A DNA stretch of 63,372 nucleotides from Bacteroidales bacterium (GTDB taxonomy: Bacteria; Bacteroidota; Bacteroidia; Bacteroidales; UBA1715): positions 1 to 63,372 of the forward strand of contig JAQICB010000106.1 in assembly GCA_027858745.1 (NCBI GenBank). Reading direction: 5' to 3'. Numbering within the stretch: position 1 is the stretch's first letter; every line of letters begins with the position of its first letter. This document shows, in pieces, positions 1 through 11,100 of this stretch. Below the pieces are notes generated by a model. That model made no database searches, had not been told where the DNA came from, and saw nothing but the letters and a program-made list of their open reading frames with translations. Both the position numbers and the translations under genes were made by a program.

Positions 1-114
1 TCCTTAATTGTGAATTGTGTAATTTAGAAGTTTGTGTCAATCCATTTTACGTCTGTCTGAATTGATGGTTTGCGTATTGAAATCACCTGAAACCCAATAT
101 TGTGGTGTGCTATT

Positions 115-411
115 CTAAATGAATCGCAACTGTCGTCTATTTGATAAAAATTTGATGGGCAGTTGTTTATTATCATGATTTCCGGCAATCATAAATGTTC
201 GTTGGGGAATTATTTTAAGTTGTGTAGCTATGTGTGAATATATATATTCACTTCCCTCGGAATATGCCAAATCGCCACCAATTACTAATGCATCAAATTC
301 ATATTTATTGATGTGAGAGAGGAGATGCGTAAGATTTTTTCGAGTGTTTATATTATGAGTAAATTCTGTTTCTTCTCCTATATGCAAATCGGAAATGTGA
401 ATAATATTCAT
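115..411 (-). CDS. metallophosphoesterase, N-terminal 98 aa only (probably interrupted or pseudogenised)
   Basis: ISDLHIG, GGDLA and AGNHDN are the first three calcineurin-like phosphoesterase motifs. The ORF ends at an in-frame TAG (115-117), before the expected later His motifs. Its start abuts the pepF stop. Confidence 0.6.
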   Translation of the reverse strand: MNIIHISDLHIGEETEFTHNINTRKNLTHLLSHINKYEFDALVIGGDLAYSEGSEYIYSHIATQLKIIPQRTFMIAGNHDNKQLPIKFLSNRRQLRFI

Positions 412-412
412 T

Positions 413-2143
413 TTATAGTTCTTCTAATTCGCTTTGTACAAAATGTATTAAATCTTGAATATATTGTTTGTCAAACGAAAATGTGATACCGGCTTCTGCA
501 TATATTTCGGGAATTGTTTTCGTATATCCGACTGTGAGGAATTTTTCGTATGAATTGAGTGTTTGCTCCGGATTGGTTTTGTAATTTTTCCAGAGTGCAA
601 TAGCTCCTAATTGGGCAATGCCATATTCGATATAATAAAATGGAACTTCATAAATATGTAACTGTCGTTGCCAGGTACTTTTTTGAATATGGTGCAATTC
701 TGACCAATCAATAATTCCGGTATCGTATAATGATAGTATTTGTAACCATGATGCTTCTCGAGCTTCAACAGAATGACTGGGATTTTCGTATAACCAATGC
801 TGAAATGCATCAACAATGGCAACCCATGCGAGGGTTGCAAGGATTTGTTCTAATTGTGAGCGTTTTGCCCGATTCAAATCTTCTGTGTTAGCAAAAAAGT
901 GATGCCAGTGTTCCATGGAAATTAATTCCATACTCATTGATGCTAATTCTGCAACTTCTGAGGGCATACTTTTGAATTCTATAAGAGGCAATTCTGCTGT
1001 TAAACATGAATGAATTGCATGACCGCTTTCGTGTAGCAGGGTTTCTACATCACGTAACGATCCGCTTGCATTCATGAAAATGAATGGAATGTTGCTTTCG
1101 TACAGCGGATAATTAAATCCTCCCGGAGCCTTTCCTATTCGTGATTCTAAATCCATATATCCTTCATCTGCCATTGTTTTGATGAAAGAAGCATATTTCG
1201 GACGAATTTCGTGTAAACAATTAAGTGTTTTTTGTACTAATTCTTCGGCAGAATTAAATGGTTTAACCGGCGGTTTATTTTCCGGATCAACATCTAAATC
1301 CCATGGTTTTAAAACCGACAAGCTAAGTGACTCTTTTCGTTTTTTGTGTATTTTTTTGACCGCAGCAGGAATTGTTTGTTGAATGGATGTGTGAAAAGCA
1401 AAACAATCTTCTTTTGTGTAATCAAACCGACCTAAATCTTTCAACTTGTAATCACGGTAATTTTCAAAATCTGCCTGAATTGCACATTGATGCCTTTTTT
1501 CGATTAATCTCGAAAGAAGATTGTTTAATGCTGCTTCGTCTTCTAATCGCCGTGAGTGAATGGCTCGAAATATTTGTTCTCTGAATGTTCTGTCGGTTTC
1601 TTTTAAAAACAATCCTGCTTGTTGAAGGGTGTATTCTCTTTCGTGTATGGTAATGGTCATTTTTGATGCGATAGAACCATATTCTTGCTCCATTCGTTGG
1701 AGCTCCGAAAGAATAGGAATGTTTTCTTTGCGAAAAACACTGTGTCTGTTTTTTAAACTACGAATTAAGAGGTGAAATTTTTGTGTGTCAATAAGGTCTT
1801 TTTCTATTAATTCGAGAACTGTATCATCAAGTTTGTTTGAGTATTCAGCAATGTGAGGTTCTATATGTTCCACAAAATGATTAAAAGCTGAAGAATATTC
1901 ACTGTTTTGAGTGTCGCAACTCATGCGAATATAGAGCCACGCCATTTCTTCTTCTATTACTGCTTCTAATTCAGAACGTTTTATTAACCATTGCTCGCTC
2001 TCTTGCCGAGTAGAAATGTGTTCGTGTAATAATTCTTCAAAAAAAGGTAGAATATCTTCCCATTTTTGTATTTCTAAATCTACCGGAACAAATTGTCGTT
2101 TTTGTTTTGCCTGATGATACAAATTTTGCATATGCACTGTCAA
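413..2143 (-). CDS. pepF: oligoendopeptidase F (M3B zinc metallopeptidase)
   Basis: 576 aa with an HESGHAIH (HExxH) zinc site. Length and layout are typical of the PepF family. Confidence 0.9.
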   Translation of the reverse strand: MTVHMQNLYHQAKQKRQFVPVDLEIQKWEDILPFFEELLHEHISTRQESEQWLIKRSELEAVIEEEMAWLYIRMSCDTQNSEYSSAFNHFVEHIEPHIAEYSNKLDDTVLELIEKDLIDTQKFHLLIRSLKNRHSVFRKENIPILSELQRMEQEYGSIASKMTITIHEREYTLQQAGLFLKETDRTFREQIFRAIHSRRLEDEAALNNLLSRLIEKRHQCAIQADFENYRDYKLKDLGRFDYTKEDCFAFHTSIQQTIPAAVKKIHKKRKESLSLSVLKPWDLDVDPENKPPVKPFNSAEELVQKTLNCLHEIRPKYASFIKTMADEGYMDLESRIGKAPGGFNYPLYESNIPFIFMNASGSLRDVETLLHESGHAIHSCLTAELPLIEFKSMPSEVAELASMSMELISMEHWHHFFANTEDLNRAKRSQLEQILATLAWVAIVDAFQHWLYENPSHSVEAREASWLQILSLYDTGIIDWSELHHIQKSTWQRQLHIYEVPFYYIEYGIAQLGAIALWKNYKTNPEQTLNSYEKFLTVGYTKTIPEIYAEAGITFSFDKQYIQDLIHFVQSELEEL

Positions 2144-2146
2144 TTA

Positions 2147-2647
2147 TTATTTCTCTTCTGTTTTCTTTTCGACTTTTTCTTTTTTCGTGTCTTTCACTTC
2201 TTTTTCTTCCTTTTGAGCAGCTTTTTTAGCTTCTTTCTTTTGTTCTTTTTCTTCTTCCGAAATAATAGGTTCTAATACTTTAGTATCGATTAGAATATTA
2301 TACCAAGAAATAACTTTTTTCATGTCAGAAACATATACGCGTTCTTTGTCATAATCGGGAAGAATATCTTCAAAATAGTCTTTTATATCATCAGTAGATT
2401 CTTTATGACTTACCGAAGTTTTTGATTTATTTTCAATTGAAAATATTTTCTTAAACACTTCGTATAGTGGAACTTCTTCGTCTTCTGTGTAAATTGCAAT
2501 ATCGTCCAAAGCACTTACTTTTGTTGTTTGATATACCGGAATACGTTTTTCTGTTTGCAGGTTTTCGACAATAATACTTTTTTGCGATTGTGCTACAAGT
2601 TTAAATAGACCGGGTTGTCCTGAAATTGATAAGATGTCTTTAAGCAT
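2147..2647 (-). CDS. DUF5606-like protein with Lys/Glu-rich C-terminal tail
   Basis: The N-terminus MLKDILSISGQPGLFKLVAQ resembles the Bacteroidota DUF5606 family as I remember it. The tail is low-complexity EEKEQKKEAKK... Confidence 0.65.
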   Translation of the reverse strand: MLKDILSISGQPGLFKLVAQSQKSIIVENLQTEKRIPVYQTTKVSALDDIAIYTEDEEVPLYEVFKKIFSIENKSKTSVSHKESTDDIKDYFEDILPDYDKERVYVSDMKKVISWYNILIDTKVLEPIISEEEKEQKKEAKKAAQKEEKEVKDTKKEKVEKKTEEK

Positions 2648-2663
2648 AAATTGAATTTAATGG

Positions 2664-3395
2664 TTATTTAATATTACGTTGTTTTTTAATTTGTTCGTAT
2701 GCTTTGTTTACTTTCTGAAATTTTTCGGTTGCAGATTTCTGCACCTCTTCTCCTAAATGACTTACTTTATCGGGATGAAATTTAAGAGCCATTTTTTTGT
2801 ATGCTTTTCGTACGTCATCGTCGCTCGCATTTTCTTCTATTTCGAGAATTTTATAGGCACTTTCAATATCATTTTTGAATGTTGCCAATATTGAATGCAT
2901 ATCGGTTTGTGTGATACCAAGTAAAGAGCTTATTTGATGAATAGTGTTTTGTTCAGAAGTATGAAGACTACCATCAGTTACCGCCAGTTTAAATAAAAAA
3001 TGCACCAGCTCGAGTCGCGCTGCGTATGGCATATTATATTTAATTTGTTGACAAACATCAACAAGCGGAATGTCTTTTTTAAGAACATCTCGCAGCATAA
3101 TTATAAGTTCAGATGCTTTTTGATCGCCGTATGCCTGCACTAAATATCGTTTTACAAAATCCAGTTCCGAACGAGAAACTTTTCCGTCTGATTTCATAAC
3201 TACAGCGATAAGTGCGATGAGGCTGATAGCAAAATCAGTAGGGGTTATTCGTTGTCCGTATCCTCGTTGAGATGAGTGAGCCTGCACGCTTGTGTTGTCG
3301 AACATTGAGCCGATTGCAAAACCAAATAAAGCTCCAATTGGACCGCCAAATACAAATCCGGCGGCAGCGCCTATAAATTTTCCCAATTTAGCCAT
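2664..3395 (-). CDS. TerB-like membrane protein with C-terminal J domain (DjlA-like co-chaperone)
   Basis: Gly-rich N-terminal TM segment. The C-terminal YKILEIEENASDDDVRKAYKKMALKFHPDK is a J domain with the HPD motif. Confidence 0.75.
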   Translation of the reverse strand: MAKLGKFIGAAAGFVFGGPIGALFGFAIGSMFDNTSVQAHSSQRGYGQRITPTDFAISLIALIAVVMKSDGKVSRSELDFVKRYLVQAYGDQKASELIIMLRDVLKKDIPLVDVCQQIKYNMPYAARLELVHFLFKLAVTDGSLHTSEQNTIHQISSLLGITQTDMHSILATFKNDIESAYKILEIEENASDDDVRKAYKKMALKFHPDKVSHLGEEVQKSATEKFQKVNKAYEQIKKQRNIK

Positions 3396-3978
3396 GAATT
3401 GTTTGTTTTATAGTTGAATAAATCTGTGTTATATGTGGAATTATTAATTCCGTATTGTCGTTATGAATAACAAAATCAGCTTTTTTTATGCATTCATTAT
3501 CCTGTGCTTGTGCAGACATTCGTTGTCGTATTTCTTGTTCAGATATATTGTCTCGTTGTGCAATCCGAGCAATCCGAATATTTTCAGGACAAAAAACATA
3601 TATACTTTTGTCGAACTCCGTATATGTATTACGTGCAAACATAAGAGCATTTTCGTGTATTACAAATGCTCCCTTTTGTTTTGAAACCCATGATTTGTAG
3701 TCTTTTTTAACAGATTTGTGCACACACGATTCTATTTTTTTTCGTTTTTCAGTGTCGGAAAAAATCTGTTTTGCAATATATTGTTTGTTGATTTTTTTAT
3801 TCACATATGCTTGAGAGCCAAGTATTGATATTATTTCCGAAATTAAAATTGGATCGGAATTCATTATTTTTTTTGCTTCTATATCTGCGTAATAAATCGG
3901 TATTCCTAAGTTTTTGAATACTTTTGAAACACTTGTTTTACCACTTCCTATTCCACCGCTTAATCCAACTTCAATCAT
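3388..3978 (-). CDS. coaE: dephospho-CoA kinase
   Basis: P-loop GLSGGIGSGKTSVSKVF at the N-terminus; 196 aa. Confidence 0.9.
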   Translation of the reverse strand: MIEVGLSGGIGSGKTSVSKVFKNLGIPIYYADIEAKKIMNSDPILISEIISILGSQAYVNKKINKQYIAKQIFSDTEKRKKIESCVHKSVKKDYKSWVSKQKGAFVIHENALMFARNTYTEFDKSIYVFCPENIRIARIAQRDNISEQEIRQRMSAQAQDNECIKKADFVIHNDNTELIIPHITQIYSTIKQTIHG

Positions 3979-4964
3979 TTTTCAATTTTTAAATATAGCA
4001 ATTCAGATGGTTGTACAGAAAGTATGGTAACATGTTCCGGAATGTTTGAAAGTGATACCGGAATTGTTTTTTGTTTTTGAGATTGTTGTGCATATTGTGC
4101 AACAGCATGAATAGTTGTATCAATATTGGAATTATAGTGTGCAGAGAATATTTCATACGAAACAATTACCTCTGATTCAGAAATACGTTGCCGTTCTTCT
4201 TTAGGAACCTGACTAAAATCAATAGGTATTTCAATAATGTGTAGCAGTTTTTTGTCGACATCGGCACTTAATTCAACATTCGATTCATATAATCGAATGC
4301 CGGGAACCGGTTTAATATTAAGCGAAACCGAAAATATAGAAGTTACATCGGTTTTTTCGAAAAAATCTGTTTCAATATATTGTAGTGTGTCGAGTATAAC
4401 TTGTGCTCCTTCGAGCATGATAGAATCAGGATTAACACTGAGACTGTCGACAAAACTATAATTTTTTGCACATAAAATATTCACATTTGCCAGAACGGGA
4501 ATTTTTTGTTTGGTAATTATTGAAATTGTATTTTCTAATTTTTCGGGACTAATAGATAGAATTGTTGTTGCCGATGGCGAGAGGTTATTTTCTGCAAATT
4601 CTTGTGTTTCAATTTCTATCTGATGAATTTTTCTGCTTGTATCGTCAATATAATTTCGAGAATCAACCGGGATAACGAAAAATGAATCAAACATATAATA
4701 TTTGAGAAACATATATCCGGATCCTTTCATAGTAACCATTATTTGCTGTTGAGCTGATTTTACAGTCGTGAAATTTTTCGGAATATTTTGATATTCTATA
4801 GTGTAAGGTACGGTAAGTGTATAAATTTTTGCAAAGGCATTCAGAAACCAAAAGAATGATGCAATGGCGAAGAAAATGGCAAAAACAATATAGTTTGGAC
4901 GGTTTTTACGTAACCATAACCAATTAGAACGAATATAATGTGCTATTTTTTTTAAATGAATCAT
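3975..4964 (-). CDS. YbbR-like (CdaR-like) domain protein
   Basis: N-terminal TM anchor and repeated beta-rich units. It sits in the conserved Bacteroidota block nusB/DUF1573/yajC/YbbR-like/coaE. Confidence 0.65.
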   Translation of the reverse strand: MIHLKKIAHYIRSNWLWLRKNRPNYIVFAIFFAIASFFWFLNAFAKIYTLTVPYTIEYQNIPKNFTTVKSAQQQIMVTMKGSGYMFLKYYMFDSFFVIPVDSRNYIDDTSRKIHQIEIETQEFAENNLSPSATTILSISPEKLENTISIITKQKIPVLANVNILCAKNYSFVDSLSVNPDSIMLEGAQVILDTLQYIETDFFEKTDVTSIFSVSLNIKPVPGIRLYESNVELSADVDKKLLHIIEIPIDFSQVPKEERQRISESEVIVSYEIFSAHYNSNIDTTIHAVAQYAQQSQKQKTIPVSLSNIPEHVTILSVQPSELLYLKIEK

Positions 4965-5011
4965 ATTAAAAAATACGGAAAGGATATTCCTTTCCGTATG
5001 TGTAAAAATAA

Positions 5012-5338
5012 TTATTTTCCTCCTTGTACTAATGCTTCAGGGCTTTGTACAAGAGCCGATTTGTCAACTTTTATATGTACGTCTTTTGCTATTTCTAAAA
5101 CAATTATATTGTTTTCTTTAATTTCAATAACTTTTGCATGAATACCTCCTAAGGTTAAGACTTTATCGCCTTTTTGTAATGCCTCGCGAAATTTTCTAGT
5201 TTCTTTTTGTCGTTTCATTTGTGGACGAATGATGAATAAAAAGAAAATAACCATTATACCGATAAGTAAAATAAAACTTCCGGTTCCTCCACCTGCTCCG
5301 GGGGCCGGTGTTTGTAATAAAATGTCTAACATGTTCAT
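5012..5338 (-). CDS. yajC: preprotein translocase subunit YajC
   Basis: 108 aa with a single TM followed by RPQMKRQKE...GDKVLTLGGIHAKV, the YajC signature. Confidence 0.85.
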   Translation of the reverse strand: MNMLDILLQTPAPGAGGGTGSFILLIGIMVIFFLFIIRPQMKRQKETRKFREALQKGDKVLTLGGIHAKVIEIKENNIIVLEIAKDVHIKVDKSALVQSPEALVQGGK

Positions 5339-5357
5339 AGTTTTTAATATATAATTA

Positions 5358-5789
5358 TTAATTTGATTCTGGTTCTATTACCGCAACAAAGCGTAATGTT
5401 GTGGCTTGGGGAACGGTATTTGTAATGACTGTTACTGTTTTTGATTGTTTATCTCGTCTACCTTTCGTGTCAAATGTGATGCTGACATATCCTTTTTCTC
5501 CGGGTTTAACAGGCTCTTTTGAATAATCTGTAGACGTACATCCACATGATGTTCGTATAGACGATATGAGCAAGTCGTTATCTCCCGTATTGGTAAATGT
5601 GAATGTGTTGGTTACTACTTCACCACTTGTAAGTGTGCCTAAGTCTAATGTTTCTTCGTCAAATGAAATACTTGTTTTCGAAGCAACAGATGTTTGAGTT
5701 TTTTGTTGCGTTTCTTCTTTCTTGTTTGTGTTTGACGAACATGCATGCAACATAAATGCCGTGCTGAGCAAAATAAATAATTGTTTCAT
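5358..5789 (-). CDS. DUF1573 domain lipoprotein
   Basis: Signal peptide with lipobox (LHAC). FTFTNTGDNDLLI...SCGCT motif typical of DUF1573. Confidence 0.8.
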   Translation of the reverse strand: MKQLFILLSTAFMLHACSSNTNKKEETQQKTQTSVASKTSISFDEETLDLGTLTSGEVVTNTFTFTNTGDNDLLISSIRTSCGCTSTDYSKEPVKPGEKGYVSITFDTKGRRDKQSKTVTVITNTVPQATTLRFVAVIEPESN

Positions 5790-5801
5790 AATTAATAAGT
5801 T

Positions 5802-6743
5802 TTATGATTGTAATCCACGTCCTGTTTTAATAATAATTTTTTCTTTTTGTAAATCTTCACACATTTTATGTAATAAACCATTTATAAAAACATTACTTTT
5901 ATCAGTACTGTATTTTTTTGATATTTCAATACATTCATTTAAAGTGACCCGAATAGGAATTTCTTTAAAATGAATTGCTTCGCTAATTGCCAAGTGCATG
6001 ATAATTAAATCTGTTTCTGCAACACGTTCCAATTCCCAATTCTTTAAACGATCAATTATGTATGTATTGTATTGACTCCAATTTTTAATAGTTGCGGTTA
6101 ATAGTTCTTTTACAAATCTCTCGGCATCGTCATCGTTGTACATATGAGAAATTGAACCTCCATTTTCGTTCGTTTCTTCAAATTTATTAATTGTTTTATA
6201 TGCCATTGATATAATTTGATCGACCTCGTCGTTCCAAAAAATTGATTGTTCTTCGATGAAATTGAAAAAACTTTCAGATGCACTGATTACCGAATGTAAA
6301 ATGTATTTAATCATTTTTTTTTCAGCCTTATATGTGTGGTTTGATTCCGAGAAGTTTTTGTACTTTTCTGTTTCAATAATGAAGTTAAATAATTCTTTTA
6401 TAATTTCTTGATGAGGATGCCAAGAAATTTTTTCTCGAGAAACAATTTTTTGTAATTCTTTGTTTTGTTCAAGTTGAGATAAGATTTTAATTTCAGAAAA
6501 GGGAAGGAGTTTTTCCCATTCTTTTTCGTTTTTCACAACACGTGTTTGTATTTGTTCAATACGCATGTCGGAATATTGTTTTAACTCAATGAGAAATTGG
6601 AGTATATGTATATATAAAAGATATGATTTTTCAATGCTTCGTTCCAACTCAGTATATGCAGATGCAAAATTGTTGTCATTCGATTTTCTGTAACTGTAGA
6701 TGGTTTGAAAAACTTTAATTCGTAATAAATGCCTATTTAACAT
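5802..6743 (-). CDS. nusB: transcription antitermination factor NusB (long Bacteroidota form)
   Basis: C-terminal NusB fold motifs (ERVAETDLIIMHLAISE...FINGLLHKM); 313 aa. Confidence 0.85.
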   Translation of the reverse strand: MLNRHLLRIKVFQTIYSYRKSNDNNFASAYTELERSIEKSYLLYIHILQFLIELKQYSDMRIEQIQTRVVKNEKEWEKLLPFSEIKILSQLEQNKELQKIVSREKISWHPHQEIIKELFNFIIETEKYKNFSESNHTYKAEKKMIKYILHSVISASESFFNFIEEQSIFWNDEVDQIISMAYKTINKFEETNENGGSISHMYNDDDAERFVKELLTATIKNWSQYNTYIIDRLKNWELERVAETDLIIMHLAISEAIHFKEIPIRVTLNECIEISKKYSTDKSNVFINGLLHKMCEDLQKEKIIIKTGRGLQS

Positions 6744-6986
6744 GTCAATGATCTTTCTATATTCATATTTGATACAAAAGTAACAAAAGATTTAGAAATT
6801 AACGTTACATTCTGACTTCAAATATAGAGAAAGTTTGTGAGATTTTTATATAAAATCAGTTTCACTCTATTTTCACGTTCAGATTCTTCACAAAGTTTTG
6901 TATGTTGTTCTTTTCTCCAAATTTCTCCTGCATAACCTTTGGTTATCCGCTGCTGCTGAATACTCTGTGATAGGGCGTGATTATAA

Positions 6987-7128
6987 ACTAGAGTTCGACG
7001 TGATTTTTCGAGTTCAGATTAGCTCCGCTGAGCTTGTCCTTTGTCCTCGGTTGATATAAAAAGCTGTTTATCAAGGCGAATTATTGAATAATAGCGAGCT
7101 GTTGTGAAATAATTTAACGCAGAAAAAA
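6987..7128 (-). repeat. MITE-like element, truncated copy 1 (right TIR + core + module C + TTTAACGCAGAAAAA piece; no left TIR)
   Basis: Hand alignment to copy 2 in reverse complement gives 10 mismatches in ~141 nt. Shares the core GAGGACAAAGGAC.AGCTCAGCGGAGCTAATCTGAACTCG with copies 2, 4, 5 and 6. Confidence 0.85.
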
Positions 7129-7141
7129 TGTTATATATCAA

Positions 7142-7750
7142 TTAGATATCACGAAAGAATTTTCGTTGAAAGATTATCAAATAAAATACACCAACAGTTA
7201 TAGCAGAGTCTGCAATGTTGAAAATCGGTTTAAAAAATGTAAATGGTTCTCCTGCCCAAAACGGAAACCAATCAGGATAAGTTCCACGTAAAACCGGACA
7301 ATAAATCATATCAACAACATGCCCTTGCAAAAACGGGGCGTACCCACCACCTTCGGGTAAAAATTCGGCAACAGAACCAAATGTGCTTTTGCCAAATAAT
7401 ATACCATAAAAAGCACTATCAATAATATTTCCTAATGCACCGGCAAGAATAACGGATAAACCTATAATAACATCAAGCGGTGCATTTTTTTTAATGAGTG
7501 TGCGAATATAATAGATGATAAATCCGGAAGCAATAAGACGAAAAATGGTTAAAAATAATTTACCCCAATTGCCTCCAAATTCAAAACCAAAAGCCATCCC
7601 CGGATTTTCTACAAAATAGATAAAAACTCGATCGCTGATTAATGGTATCATTTCATCAGCGTGCATAGATGTTTTTACTAAAATTTTAGTTAATTGATCT
7701 GCAAGAAGAATAACTAAAACAAGAAGAATTGACCAGTGACTTTTTTTCAT
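7142..7750 (-). CDS. lspA: lipoprotein signal peptidase II
   Basis: NPGMAFGF, NIIDSAFYG and FNIADSAI motifs. I prefer the start at MKKSHW (7750), which leaves 1 nt after the upstream stop; the ORF track extends to 7780. Confidence 0.85.
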   Translation of the reverse strand: MKKSHWSILLVLVILLADQLTKILVKTSMHADEMIPLISDRVFIYFVENPGMAFGFEFGGNWGKLFLTIFRLIASGFIIYYIRTLIKKNAPLDVIIGLSVILAGALGNIIDSAFYGILFGKSTFGSVAEFLPEGGGYAPFLQGHVVDMIYCPVLRGTYPDWFPFWAGEPFTFFKPIFNIADSAITVGVFYLIIFQRKFFRDI

Positions 7751-7751
7751 C

Positions 7752-8153
7752 TTATTTTGTTCCTGAATTTTTTGCGTCAATACTTAATGTTGCATGAGGT
7801 ACTGCACGAAGTCGTTCTTTGCTAATTAATTTTCCTGTAGCTCGACATATTCCATATGTTTTATTTTCTATTCGAATAAGTGCTGCACGCAAATGCGATA
7901 TGAATTTTTTTTGACGTTCTGCTAGTTTGCCGGTTTCTTCTTTTGATAAAACAGCTGCTCCTTCTTCAAATATTTTGAATGTTGGAGACGTGTCCTGAAT
8001 ATCATTACCATCCAAATGTCTAATAGATCTGCAGAGCTCTTCGTAATCAGCTAAAGCTTTTTCTAATTTACCATTGATGATTTCTTTAAATTCTTGTAAT
8101 TCAGCATCTGAATATCTGTTTTTTTCTGTTGCTCCCATAGTGTGTTCCTCCAT
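7752..8153 (-). CDS. DksA/TraR-family zinc-finger-like regulator
   Basis: C-terminal YGICRATGKLISKERLRAVPHATLSIDAK. It holds the conserved position between ileS and lspA in Bacteroidota. Confidence 0.75.
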   Translation of the reverse strand: MEEHTMGATEKNRYSDAELQEFKEIINGKLEKALADYEELCRSIRHLDGNDIQDTSPTFKIFEEGAAVLSKEETGKLAERQKKFISHLRAALIRIENKTYGICRATGKLISKERLRAVPHATLSIDAKNSGTK

Positions 8154-8156
8154 ATT

Positions 8157-11100
8157 TTATGATTTTGAAATAGCAATAACCGTAGAAATGGTATTATCAA
8201 TTTCTACGTCCTTTTGTAGCTTTTGTTTGGGTTTCGGTACTAAATTAATTGATGCACACAGCGTTTCTGTTGCAATGTACTCTTTATATTGTTCAATTGC
8301 AGTTGTTAAGTTCGCATGTTCTTGTATCTCAAGGTGAATTTTGTCCGTCACGTCTAATCCGGATTCTTTTCTAAAATTTTGAATGCGGTTTACAAATTCA
8401 CGTGCAATTCCTTCGTTTTGAAGTTCCGGAGAAATTTTCACATCAAGGGCAACTGTAATGTTTTCTTCGTGTGCAACTTGCCATCCCGGAATATCTTCCG
8501 AATATATCTCTACATCTTCGAGTTGTAGGGTGACGTTTTCAGAATTAACTTCAATAGTGTATGTTTGATTTTTTTCAAATGCAACAATTTCGGCATTATC
8601 CATTTCTCCAATTTTCACCGCAAGTTGTTTCATTATTTTACCATGTTTTGGTCCTAAAACTTTAAAATTCGGTTTTATTTTCTTAACCAAAACATCTGAG
8701 GCATCGGTAATTATTTCTATTTCTTTAATATTTACTTCAGCTTTAATAATGTCTGTTACAGCACGTATGTCTTGCTCGAATTCTTTATTCAAAGCAGGGA
8801 TAAGTATTTTTTGTAATGGCTGACGAACTTTAATTGATACTTTTCGTCGTAATGATAAAATCATTGATGAAATTATTTGTGCATACTTCATCTGTTTTTC
8901 AAGACGAGTATTAATATATGATTCATCTGCTATTGGAAAGTTAACCAAGTGAACGGATTCTGCTTTGTGCTGTTGAGTTGCAGAATTTAAGTCAGTAAAT
9001 AGTTTATCTGCATAAAATGGAGCTATTGGAGCCATAAGCTGTGATACCGTTTCCAAACAGGTATATAATGTTTGATATGCAGAAATTTTATCGTCTGTCA
9101 TTTCTCCTTTCCAGTAGCGTTTGCGAGATAGTCGCACAAACCAATTGCTTACATTATCAATAACAAAATCTTGTATTGCTCGTCCGGCTTTTGTCGGCTC
9201 GTAGTCTTCGTAATACTGAGTTACATCTTGTGTGAGTGAATGTAATAATGAGAGTATCCATTTGTCGATTTCCGGGCGTTTTTCTTTTGCAATAGGTTCA
9301 TATTGCATAGTAAATGAATCGAGATTTGCATACAGAGCAAAGAATGAATAAGTATTATATAATGTCCCAAAGAATTTTCTTTTCACCTCGTCAATGCCTG
9401 CTGAATCATATTTAAGATTGTCCCACGGAGACGAATTGGTAATCATATACCAACGAACAGCGTCTGAGCCTTTTGTTTTAATTTCTTTAAACGGATCTAC
9501 CGCATTACCGAGACGTTTCGACATTTTGTTCCCGTTTTTGTCAAGAACCAATCCATTTGAAATTACATTTTTAAACGCTACACTGTCGAATAACATGGTT
9601 GCAATTGCATGCAAGGTAAAAAACCATCCTCTTGTTTGGTCTACACCTTCGGCTATAAAGTCGGCAGGGTAAATTGACGGGAAAGTATCTTTGTTTTCGA
9701 AGGGATAATGTAATTGAGCATATGGCATTGAGCCGGAATCAAACCAGACATCAATGAGGTCGGTTTCTCGATGCATTTTTTTGCCGTTTGGCGATGCCAA
9801 TATTATTCTATCAACATATGGTCGGTGGAGGTCAAATACCGAATAATTTTCTTTTGAGAAATCGCCCGGTTTAAAATCCTGAAGAGGATTTGTATCCATA
9901 AAACCAGCCTGAACCGATTTTTCAATTTCTTGTTTGAGTTCTTCAATAGAACCTATACAAATGCGTTCGGAACAGTCTTCACTCATCCATATTGGGAGCG
10001 GTGTGCCCCAAAATCGTGACCGCGATAGATTCCAATCTTGTAAATTTTCAAGCCATTTTTCAAATCGTCCGGTACCTGTTGAACTTGGTTTCCAGTTGAT
10101 TTCTTTATTATGACTTAAAAGTTTGTCTTTGAAAGCAGGTGTTTTAACAAACCAAGAATCTAAAGGGTAATAAAGAATTGGTTTGTCTGTTCGCCAACAG
10201 TGTGGATAATTGTGTATGTGCTTCTCAATTTTAAATGCCCGATTCGACATTTTTAATTCAACTGCAATATCAACATCGAGAGTAGGTGCATTTGCATCTA
10301 TTGTTTCGTCGTATTCATTTTTCACATATCTGCCACCGAATTGTGTGTATAAATCGATGTTTACATAGTGTTCAACAAAATCCCCATCAAGTTCGTCAAT
10401 AGAATAGATTTTTCCTTGTTTGTTTACCAAAGGAGATTCGTTACCGTAAATATCTATTACGTAGAGACCTGAAATCTTATGTTGCTTTGCAACAAAAGCA
10501 TCGTCTGCACCAAAAGTGGGGGCTATATGAACTATACCGGTTCCATCTTCTGTTGTCACAAAGTCTCCGGTAATTATTTCAAATGCTTTGCCTTGTGGTT
10601 GCACCCATGGAAGCAATTGTTCGTATTGTAATCCCGCAATATCTTTCCCGGTACATTCAGCAACAATTCGGTATGGAATAACTTTATTGTCGGTTGTATA
10701 GGAATCGAAGGGCATATCTTTTCCTTTTTTTGAAAGGTATGCAGAGATGCGGTCTCGTGCCATAATTACCGCAATTGGTTCGCCGGTGTATTGATTGTAT
10801 GTCTCAATTAATACATATGTAACATTTGGCCCAACACAGAGAGCTGTATTAGAGGGGAGTGTCCACGGAGTAGTAGTCCATGCAAGTGTGAATACGTCAA
10901 GCGAAGTTTTGTCAAACAGCCATGAAAAAGAATCGTCAACTTTGAGTTTAAACTGTGCCGTACAGGTTGTGTCTTTCACATCTTTGTAGCACCCCGGTTG
11001 GTTAAGTTCATGTGAACTTAATCCTGTTCCTGCTGCCGGTGAATATGGTTGGATTGTATACCCTTTGTACAATAAATTTTTTTCGAATAACTTTTTTAGT

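Noticed and set aside
2093-2275. Plus-strand 60-aa poly-Phe/Leu ORF, and the apparent low-complexity DNA at 2147-2280
   Set aside because: It is the antisense of the Lys/Glu-rich tail of the DUF5606-like gene and is not an independent feature.
10201-10209. Perfect DnaA-box sequence TGTGGATAA, plus near-matches at 17330-17338 and 49826-49834
   Set aside because: These are isolated single occurrences, one of them inside ileS coding sequence. With no clustering they are not evidence for oriC.
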